Position numbers and translations under genes: made by a program
Source: Candidatus Omnitrophota bacterium
GTDB lineage: Bacteria; Omnitrophota; Gorgyraeia; Gygaellales; Profunditerraquicolaceae
DNA: 64,000 bases
Assembly (NCBI GenBank): GCA_023227985.1
Contig: JALOCB010000003.1
Location: 5,260-69,259, forward strand
Direction: 5' to 3'
The notes under the pieces: generated by a model
The model's input: only the letters and a program-made list of their open reading frames with translations
The model's database searches: none
Told to the model about the DNA's origin: nothing
Shown here: positions 1 through 8,100 of the stretch, piece after piece
Layout of the letters: each line of letters opens with the position of its first letter
Numbering within the stretch: the stretch's first letter is position 1

Positions 1-579
1 AGAATGATCCAGCGTCTGGCTATTAATAATGGTACTGCCCACGGCAATAACTATGACGCTGACGGTAAACTTATTGAAACACAGATGAATTTGAAGATGA
101 CCGCGGCGATCGCCGAAGTTATTAAGGCGTATGGTATACAGATAGTCCAGCACGGCGTGACCGGAACGCCTATTAAAAATCTCCAGGCATTGCGTAATGT
201 CGGGATCAGGGCCGCTCATGTCGGGACCAATTGGCAGAATATTATTTGGGAAACTTTAGTTGCCCAGGCGCAGGCGGGTAATTCGACCGCTAAGTCCATA
301 GTAAACCGGATGATCGATGCGACTATCGCTAAGACTGCGGACGTGGAGAAGAAGTATAAAGTATCCGGCCGAAGCGCAGAAGCCAAGGATAGCGTTTATG
401 TCCCGGGAAAAGACAAGAACCTGGACAAGCTGATCGGTAAAGAATTAAAGATGGTATTAGGTGTTTTCAACGACGAGTTGGTTGCTCTTCCTGATGACTT
501 GATTGCCAAGATTGATGAGGCCACCGAAAAATCCGCTACCGAGCATATGCTGGGTTTCGGTTCTGACGGAACAGCCCAG
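1..579 (+). other. Domain: class II FBA, C-terminal two-thirds (N-terminal part lies upstream of the window)
   Basis: LAINNGTAHG and IVQHGVTG match the two His-containing metal-ligand strands. GFGSDGTA matches the conserved FGSxGKA C-terminus of class II aldolases. Confidence 0.75.
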
Positions 580-3500
580 ATGGTAAAGGATGATTATGCG
601 GTTCAGGGGTTGGTTTATCCTGAAGATTTCTCCTCGATCAAAGGATTATATGCCTTTAAGGCGCTCGAAGGAACGGATAAGACGATTATGTGTTGTAATA
701 TACGTTCGCCTCTAAGCATTAGGGGTATTATGCGCGCGGCCCAAAAAACAGGCAGCGTGGTTATTTTTCAGCAGGCAATGAGCGAATTCGATTATACCTG
801 GAAAGGCGGCTATGCCCCGGAGAATGCGGCTAAGCTTGCCCGTAATATCAAAGAAGCTGCAAAAAAAGAAAATTTCCACGATTTCATGATTAAGGGCGAT
901 CATCTTACGGTTAAAGTTGATGATGCTTTCTTGAAGGATAAGGCGGCGCAGGATGCTGTTGCTGTGGTATTTGAGAAAATATTGGATGAACAGGATGTTT
1001 CCAAGCGGGAAGCATTGTTCAACGCTGCATCCAAAGACGAAGTTCTTTTAGCCAATGCCGGCGTAGCTAAAGCAATGAAAGCGGTAAATAAGGCTATGAC
1101 CTTGATCAAAGAAGAAGTTGCTTCGGATTTCACTGTTTTTGCTTTAGACGCGTCATTTATGCCTACCAGGCTTAATGTCCTGGTCAGCGCTTACCTGGCG
1201 GGGTTTATTCCCCAGGATGCAGGTTTGGAAGCTGAAGTTGGCGAGATTGGCGGAAAAGAAAATTCCACGGTTGCCGACGCGTTGGAATTCATTACCGGTA
1301 TCAGGTTCAAGGAAGAGGTTGTGGTCAGCCAGGGAGTGAAATATTCTCAGCTGGTCGGTCCGAGAAGGATCGGTGTTCTTACCGGCGGCGGACCTGCTTC
1401 CGGGCATAACGCGGTGATCGCGGCAATGGTCCGCGAAGCGGAGCAGCGGGGGATCGAGATCGTGGCTATCCCTGAAGGTTGGGCTGGTTTGACCAAGGAT
1501 GAAGTAGCCGCGCAAGCCAAGGTTATAACTATTAAAGATGTGGAAAAGTGGGGGAAGAAAGGCGGCACAATGCTGGGGACCAGCCGCACCAATCCGTATA
1601 AGAAAGAAGGGGACGCCCAGAAGGTTTGGGATAATATCCAGAAGTTAAAGCTTGACGGTCTGGTAACTCTCGGCGGTGATGATACCAACGGGGTTACTTC
1701 CAAACTGCAAAAAGAACATCCGGATTACTTATTCATTGGTCTGCCTAAGACCATGGATAATGATATAGCGCTTCCGGAGAGTGACGCGCAGACCTATGGT
1801 TTTGACAGCTTTACCGTCAAGGCCTCTGAATCGTTCGAGGCTGGAAAGATTGACGCGCAATCTACCCATAGGATACTGATCGCTGAAGTTTTTGGAAGGG
1901 CGGCCGGATTCGTTTCTGCGCGTATCGGGGCCAATATAGGGGCTACCCGCACACTGATCCCTGAAGAATTGGTTGATCTTTCAAAGTTAGTCGAGGATCT
2001 GCGCAGCTATTATAAGAATAATAAATACGGGGTTGTTGTGGTTGCCGAAGGGGCAAGCGTCAATGTTGATGGTTTCAAACTGGATGAAAACGGGGAATTG
2101 ACAGTTGTTAAGCCCGAAGACCCGGATGTAAAATTGTTGCTGGCCGCATTTAAGAGCGATCCTATGGCCAAAGCGGCTTTTATCAAGTCTATGAAAGCCG
2201 AGATGGATGATTTTGGCCACAAAAAACTGGAGAATGTCGGTCTTATTGTCGCAGCTGTGGTAAAAACCGCGTTAAAGGCGGATAAGATCGATATTAGCTT
2301 CGCCGGTAAAGCGGATTATCTTTTTCGCTCCGCCGATGTTTCCAAATTGGACGCTGAAATGACCACTATGCTGGGGAAGGCCGCTGTGGAGAAGATCGCG
2401 GATATCCAGAATGATCAGTTGCTTTACGCTTACAAGGGGCAGATTAAATCCATACCGTTTGCCCGGGAATTAGGCGGAAGGGTCCTGGATTACAAAGGCG
2501 CCCATAAAGATGAATATATGTTGGCCAACCTGGCGCTTATTGATGAAAAAACTGAAATAACGCTTTCGGATGCATCGGTTAATGAGGACTTGTTCCAGGC
2601 AGCGGTTAGAAACTTAAAAGGACTTAACCCGGGCGAATTAATGACTCTGAGTTTTTCGGAGATGAAGGTTTTGTTATGGAAGCTTAATAGCCTTGATCAA
2701 GAAACCGGGGACAATCAGGAAGTAGTTCAGTCTGTCAGAAGGATTCTGCATAGGATAGACGACAGGCAGATAGAACAGGTCAAGAAATTTGCCAATATCG
2801 GCGTGTTTGCCCGAGAAAATACTGCGTATAACCTGGAATCAGTGCTTAAGGATGACAATATCCTGGTTATCGCGGCTAACGCGCTTATTTTTCGCGCCGG
2901 AGCCTTTGCCGAATTCTATCATAATTGGGAGCCGGGAGTTAACCTCGCGGCGATCAAGTCTATGAAAGGCGGCAAAGAAGCTACTGCCGAGGAATTTGTC
3001 CGGCAGAACAGCCGTTATAACGGACCTTTTAGCCCGTATCAGTTAAAAGGTTTGCGCGTGCTTAAGGATGAACGCCGGGTGATTGATGGTGTCGCTGTTA
3101 ATTTCATTTTCGTGCCCGCGGATAAGAATATCGGAAGGCCGGATATCAAGATACCATATTTCGGCCCGGAAACAACTAACCAGCAGGTGCTTGATACTAT
3201 GAAGGCCTTAGGTTTAGAGTTGGATGTCATGGCCTATTACGGCCCGACCAGCGAAACGGTTCAGCCCAGGATATTCAAGGAGTTCATTGAGGCTGGATTG
3301 CCTGTTGTAGCAGCTTCTCCGGTCAACACCGACGCTGTAAAAAATATGCTCAAAGCTAAGTTTCAGCAGGAAGGTGTTGCGGATGATATGCTGGATGAAG
3401 CGGTGAGTAAGGCTTTTAAGGAAGGTTTGTATTCCGCTACCCGTAAAGAAATCGGCGCGGATGTCAAGATCGTGGATACTTTAAGCTGCACTTCCAATGC

Positions 3501-4767
3501 CATGATTTCGGTTATTAAAGCAATGTGGGATAAGTTCGGTATCGATCATGGTACCGGCCTGACTATTCATTCCCAGACTGATTCCAATGAGACTTTCCCG
3601 ATGAAAAGCGGCAGGGCCAGGGATCCCCTGGATATCGCCCGCGGCGATTCCATCCGTGACAACATAATCCCTGCTTCAACCGGCGCAAAAAAGAACCTCT
3701 TTAAGATGATCCCGGAATTAAAAGGCAGGTTCGAGATCACCGCTGTTCGCACCGGTACTGTTTCGGCTTCGACCTGGGAGATGACCATGGACCTTAAGAC
3801 TGAAGTGACCAGGGATGATGTCCTTGCGGCTTTAAAGGATTTCGCCCTGAATAAGACCGACGGGGTGGTGAAATTTCACGAAGGAGACCCGGACAGGAAT
3901 CCCGGGCCTCTGGACGCCAACGCCGTGGTCGGCTGGAATAATGTTTCTATTATCGACAGTTTATTGATCAATGTTCTGGATAATAAGAAAACAGTGACTA
4001 TTAAAGGTTTGTATGATAACCAATCAGCGGCGCCGAATCAAATGGTTTCTAAATGGTCGCCGTGGATGGTTGACGGTTTAAGGCTGCGCCAGATAGTCGG
4101 CGAAAAGAACAGCAAAAAGCTGAACAAAGCCGAAGCTGTAGCGTATGCCAAACTCAACGCCGGTTATGCCGGCCTGCTTAAAGCCGTAAGCGCGGTAAAA
4201 ACCAGCGGAGCTCTGGTGGTCAGCGCTGACGTGGTCTTAAAGAACGCCGGGACGCTTTCATCGCTCAAAGCCTTGAAAGAATCAGGCGCTCTTATTGAGA
4301 TCATTGTCCAGGCGAACAACAAGGCTGTCGCTGATAAAATGGTATCAATGGGCGTTGAACAATTCGCGAGCATTCAGTTCAAGCAGGTTAACGCGATAGT
4401 AGAAGAGTTGAATACCAAAGGTATAACTGATGAAAGAATAGTAGTGCTTAAGACCAAAGCTGAATCGAAAGAAGAAGTCAAGAATACCGTCAAGGTGGTC
4501 AATGTCGGCGAAGCTAAAGTCGCCGAATCTTCTGTTAATGCCATGTCGATAGCAGTGGCAAAGGCAGTAACCACCGTGTTGCAGGATAATACGGAGGTTG
4601 TTGATCAATATCAGCAGATGGCGAAGAATTACGCCGAAGCTAACGACGTCGAGCTAAGCAAACTGGAAGATCTGACCAGCCAGATCTCGGATATGCCGCT
4701 GGTTAAGGTGAGCGAAGAAGTGGTCAAGGCTCAGGTTACTTACGAAGAAACTGTAAACAAGATCTAA
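1..4767 (+). CDS. Giant glycolytic fusion protein 1 (5' partial, frame open to window edge): class II fructose-bisphosphate aldolase + truncated aldolase-like copy + PPi-type 6-phosphofructokinase + GAPDH-like + shared C-terminal module
   Basis: Uninterrupted frame from nt 1 to TAA at 4765-4767. Motifs: LAINNGTAHG, IVQHGVTG, GFGSDGTA (FBA II); GVLTGGGPASGHN, LGGDDTNG, PKTMDNDI (PFK-A family); SCTSNAM, IIPASTGAKK (GAPDH). Confidence 0.85.
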   Translation, partial: RMIQRLAINNGTAHGNNYDADGKLIETQMNLKMTAAIAEVIKAYGIQIVQHGVTGTPIKNLQALRNVGIRAAHVGTNWQNIIWETLVAQAQAGNSTAKSIVNRMIDATIAKTADVEKKYKVSGRSAEAKDSVYVPGKDKNLDKLIGKELKMVLGVFNDELVALPDDLIAKIDEATEKSATEHMLGFGSDGTAQMVKDDYAVQGLVYPEDFSSIKGLYAFKALEGTDKTIMCCNIRSPLSIRGIMRAAQKTGSVVIFQQAMSEFDYTWKGGYAPENAAKLARNIKEAAKKENFHDFMIKGDHLTVKVDDAFLKDKAAQDAVAVVFEKILDEQDVSKREALFNAASKDEVLLANAGVAKAMKAVNKAMTLIKEEVASDFTVFALDASFMPTRLNVLVSAYLAGFIPQDAGLEAEVGEIGGKENSTVADALEFITGIRFKEEVVVSQGVKYSQLVGPRRIGVLTGGGPASGHNAVIAAMVREAEQRGIEIVAIPEGWAGLTKDEVAAQAKVITIKDVEKWGKKGGTMLGTSRTNPYKKEGDAQKVWDNIQKLKLDGLVTLGGDDTNGVTSKLQKEHPDYLFIGLPKTMDNDIALPESDAQTYGFDSFTVKASESFEAGKIDAQSTHRILIAEVFGRAAGFVSARIGANIGATRTLIPEELVDLSKLVEDLRSYYKNNKYGVVVVAEGASVNVDGFKLDENGELTVVKPEDPDVKLLLAAFKSDPMAKAAFIKSMKAEMDDFGHKKLENVGLIVAAVVKTALKADKIDISFAGKADYLFRSADVSKLDAEMTTMLGKAAVEKIADIQNDQLLYAYKGQIKSIPFARELGGRVLDYKGAHKDEYMLANLALIDEKTEITLSDASVNEDLFQAAVRNLKGLNPGELMTLSFSEMKVLLWKLNSLDQETGDNQEVVQSVRRILHRIDDRQIEQVKKFANIGVFARENTAYNLESVLKDDNILVIAANALIFRAGAFAEFYHNWEPGVNLAAIKSMKGGKEATAEEFVRQNSRYNGPFSPYQLKGLRVLKDERRVIDGVAVNFIFVPADKNIGRPDIKIPYFGPETTNQQVLDTMKALGLELDVMAYYGPTSETVQPRIFKEFIEAGLPVVAASPVNTDAVKNMLKAKFQQEGVADDMLDEAVSKAFKEGLYSATRKEIGADVKIVDTLSCTSNAMISVIKAMWDKFGIDHGTGLTIHSQTDSNETFPMKSGRARDPLDIARGDSIRDNIIPASTGAKKNLFKMIPELKGRFEITAVRTGTVSASTWEMTMDLKTEVTRDDVLAALKDFALNKTDGVVKFHEGDPDRNPGPLDANAVVGWNNVSIIDSLLINVLDNKKTVTIKGLYDNQSAAPNQMVSKWSPWMVDGLRLRQIVGEKNSKKLNKAEAVAYAKLNAGYAGLLKAVSAVKTSGALVVSADVVLKNAGTLSSLKALKESGALIEIIVQANNKAVADKMVSMGVEQFASIQFKQVNAIVEELNTKGITDERIVVLKTKAESKEEVKNTVKVVNVGEAKVAESSVNAMSIAVAKAVTTVLQDNTEVVDQYQQMAKNYAEANDVELSKLEDLTSQISDMPLVKVSEEVVKAQVTYEETVNKI
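586..1308 (+). other. Domain: second class II aldolase-like segment, truncated after the EAEVGEIGG strand
   Basis: IMCCNIRSPLSIRGIMRAAQKTGSVVIFQQ, IKGDHL, FALDASFMP and LEAEVGEIGGKE follow the order of FBA II strands 1-6. The GTxHG and HGxSG strands are absent before the PFK domain starts. Confidence 0.55.
1357..2493 (+). other. Domain: 6-phosphofructokinase, PPi-dependent type
   Basis: RIGVLTGGGPASGHN, GGDDT (nt 1672-1686; Asp where ATP-PFKs have Gly), PKTMDNDI, VVVAEGA, DDFGHKKL. Confidence 0.8.
2851..4083 (+). other. Domain: glyceraldehyde-3-phosphate dehydrogenase-like
   Basis: Catalytic-Cys motif SCTSNAM (Cys codon 3487-3489), LTIHSQTD, NIIPASTGAKK, PELKGRFEITAVRTGTVSAS. The N-terminal dinucleotide loop is degenerate (ILVIAANALIFRAG instead of INGFGRIGR). 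Confidence 0.7.
4156..4764 (+). other. Shared C-terminal module, copy 1 (alpha/beta-looking part plus conserved helical tail)
   Basis: Aligns over about 200 aa with the C-terminus of ORF 4926..12698. 25 of the last 34 residues are identical, and a 20-nt stretch ctgaccagccagatctcgga is identical at 4672-4691 and 12603-12622. Confidence 0.8.
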
Positions 4768-4773
4768 CATTCT

Positions 4774-4828
4774 CAAGACCCGGTCTTGCATCCCAATGAG
4801 TCCTAATGGGTTGCAAGACCGGGTCTTG
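4774..4828 (+). repeat. Intercistronic inverted repeat / RNA hairpin: perfect 17-bp arms, 21-nt loop
   Basis: CAAGACCCGGTCTTGCA (4774-4790) is the exact reverse complement of TGCAAGACCGGGTCTTG (4812-4828). Each 15-nt core is itself palindromic. Confidence 0.8.
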
Positions 4829-4925
4829 AACATGTCTTTATATGAATAAGATAAATCCGTTTCAATTTAAAAACCGCAACAGGCAGAAGTTGTAATTTAA
4901 TTCAAATCATCAACCGGAGGGAAAA

Positions 4926-5156
4926 ATGTTCGTAAGGTTATCCCAAAACAACCTGTTCAGGAAGATCGTCGGCATTCTTATTCTTTTACAATTTTCAGCC
5001 GGTTTTGCCGTGATTAGGGGTTATGCTGCTCCCGGAAATTTGCGGCCTGCCGCCGTCAAACAGGATGGTTCCCGGTCCGGGACTATCCAGAATTCGCTTG
5101 ACGCGGCCAGCCTGGATAAGGTTATAAAAACCCCGGTCATTCATAAGGACGGCGGT
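4926..5156 (+). other. Shared N-terminal leader, copy 1 (basic N-terminus, hydrophobic stretch, RGYAAPGNLRPAAVK, then KDGG)
   Basis: Position-by-position alignment with the N-terminus of ORF 12779..17302. Confidence 0.75.
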
Positions 5157-8100
5157 ATAACCGGCCAGGATGTTTTTAAGAATATCCTTGGCGAATACCG
5201 TGTTTCCTCCACGATAAACAATCTCGCTTTCGGGACGTTCGTCCAGGGGCAGATCGACCTTAGTTCGGTTCAGAACCGGGAAGCGCTGGTCAATAATTTC
5301 GGGGAGATTAAGAGCAAAGATCGTTTTTTTACCCTTGAATACGCGGGAATTCCGCTTGCCCTGGTCAAGAAGGCCGAAACCGGAGAAATTACCGTCAAGA
5401 AAGTAGTCGAAGACATTGCTTCGATCCCGCTCAACATCCTTTCCGACAATGCCGAAAAGCTCAAAACCGAAGGTGTTACTTCCTCGGATATCCTGGTCCG
5501 CGATTTTCTTATCCTTGAAAAAAGGTCGCGTATCGACATCACTCAGTGCATGACCGTAGAGTTTGGCGAGCTGCGCGACTACGTATACAATCTGGCTAAA
5601 AATGTCGGCCAGGAAAAGGCACTGGAGATGGCATCGGCGTTTGCGGGTAAGGCTACCGTTGACGAGGCTATGGCGGAAGTCGGCGAGAAAGCTAAGCAGT
5701 TAGGCCGCGACCAAGCGAAGGACACAGGTCTGGCGCTGGCCGGCGGTAAGGGTTTGAGCCTTTCGGTCATGAGCCGCGTGGTTGACGTGCCGCCTGGTTT
5801 GAACGTTACTACTACCGCGTATTTTAAGTTCGTCAAAGATAATAAACAGGTCTGGGAGAAGATCTTTAATGAGCTGCAGACCTTGGATACTATGGATGAC
5901 CAGAAGCGCGACGTTGTCACTTCGGAGATCCGCGATGTCATTAAAAGCGCGCCGATACCCGAAGACATCAAGGCTGAGGTAACAGCAATGTACCACCAGC
6001 TAAGCGTTATCCGTTTTCTTGCCGGTAAACCTTCGCCCGCTCCGGTGGCTGTCCGCTCTTCCGGCACCAAAGAGGATATTCACGTTAAAACCTGGCTGCC
6101 GGTTTCCACCGGTTCCCAGGCCGGCCAGTCGGATACATTCCTTAATGTTAAGGGCGAACGGGATGTCCTGGATAAATTACGCGCCGATTGGGCGTCTTTA
6201 TTTACCGATCGCGCGGTCAGCTACCGTGATGACGCCACCTTCTTGCAGTTCTCTGGAGCCATCGATTTTAACGGTAAGACTTCTCAGGATGTCTATTGGG
6301 GGATCGTGGCGAAGCTTCGGGAATACTCCAAGAAACTGGATAAGCCTGAATATAACGTGTACGCTGACTTAATGAGTAAAGTCACCAGCCCTAACCCTGG
6401 GTCGGTGAGCCTGATGAACGCCATGGAGGAGATCCTGAGACAGGAATCGAATCCGGAGATGTCCAATGCCCTTGCCGTTCTGAAGAAGAAAGCAGAGGAG
6501 GTTGTGCATCCCGAACAGATCGGTATCGACGTTGTGATCATGCAGATGGCTAAGAGTTATCTTGCCGGCGTGCTTTTTACCGTCAATCCGGCGACCAAGA
6601 TGGCCGGTGTGGCCCAGTCGTTATACAAGTCATGGTATATGGGTGATGATTCGCTCGTGTACCGCGACGCGAAGACCGATATTATCCAGGGAACCAGGCC
6701 CATAGTGGTGAGCTTTGATGTGGCCTTCGGCTACGGCGAGAACGTAGTCGGCGGCAAGGTAAACCCGGACAAGTTCATTATGGGCACCTACGACGGCGAG
6801 AGCTGGTTTGTTATCGAGAAAAGCAAAGGCAATAAACTTATTCAGATGAAGGACGTGGAAGAAGTCATCGATCTCCTCAAAGACAAGATATCGGAAAAGG
6901 GCCAGCGGCAGCTCGCTATGACCGTGAAAGACGCGATCGCGTATGATGAGGTCGGCAAGCGGATCAACGGCATTATGGCGACCAAACTCTACGGTATCAA
7001 GTATCTTAAGGCGCTTGAGGGTAAAGAGGAAAGCGATAAAGACAAGAAGGCCCGCGTACAGGCTATCGCCAATGAGATTGCCGACATGGTCAAGAATAAG
7101 GTTTCCGAGGATGAAGTTGTCGCGTTCATCAAGGGTAACTTTGAGGTCGTTAACCGGAAGGGCTATAAAGGCATTCAGGAAATGGCGCTTTCGGGAGTGG
7201 TCAGGGAAGTGTTTGAGAAAGTCCAACAGGCCCAGGCTGAGACCGACCGGGGTATGTTTAAACTCTCAAAGCAGCTCGGCGATATGGGAAAGGCCGATAC
7301 GCTTATCCATATGATCAAGGAGGTTTGGGAGAATAAGGAATTTACTCTTTCCGACCGCCAGGCGATTCTTGACAAACTGAACCTTACCAACCAGGAATTG
7401 CGTAATATGAGTTACCTTATCCGCGCGCTGGTGGATAATAGCTTTACTTCAAATTATGAGACTACTTTAACCCACCAGGATACCTTTACTATGACCGATG
7501 ATCAGGCCCAGTATGTGGCGCGTATGGGTTGGGCGATCACCGAATATTATAAGGATGCCCGAGATATAGAGTATGCCATCGAGATAGATAAAACCGCTTC
7601 TTCCGACAAAGCGGTGAGGCTTTACGTTGTGGACGACCTGGGCAATGTCCAGGGAATGGACAATAATGGCAACCTGGTAACGGTGAAGTCCGAAAAGGAT
7701 AAAGCGCGTATAAAAGAAGCGAAGCTGCGCCTGTATAACGTGCAGGCCCGTCCGTATACCGCGGAATACTTGAAGGTGGATGTAATGCGCGCCCGGACCG
7801 AAGCGGATGAAAAGTGGCTTGAGGAGAATTCTCCTAAAGCGATTGCCAGCGGGACTAAGGGAGAGAACGCGACGCAGGGTTATGTGCTGGTGTTCGATCC
7901 TAACAAAGACGTTGCCTGGCACGCGGACCAGATCCGTCGTTTGAAAGCCGGAGATTTTACTGCGGAGGAAAAAGCCCAGATCATGGCTATGGGGTTTAAT
8001 CCCGAAGAGTATGGTTCAGGCAAAGAAAAGCAATTGTCGGTTATTCTTTATCTGCTTGAAGCTGACCCGAATCATGATCCGATCATGCGCCTGGTTGATT

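Noticed and set aside
541-579. SDGT in ORF1 (GFGSDGTA) as another copy of the xDGG domain-junction motif.
   Set aside because: It is the conserved FGSxGKA C-terminal motif of class II aldolases, not a linker element.
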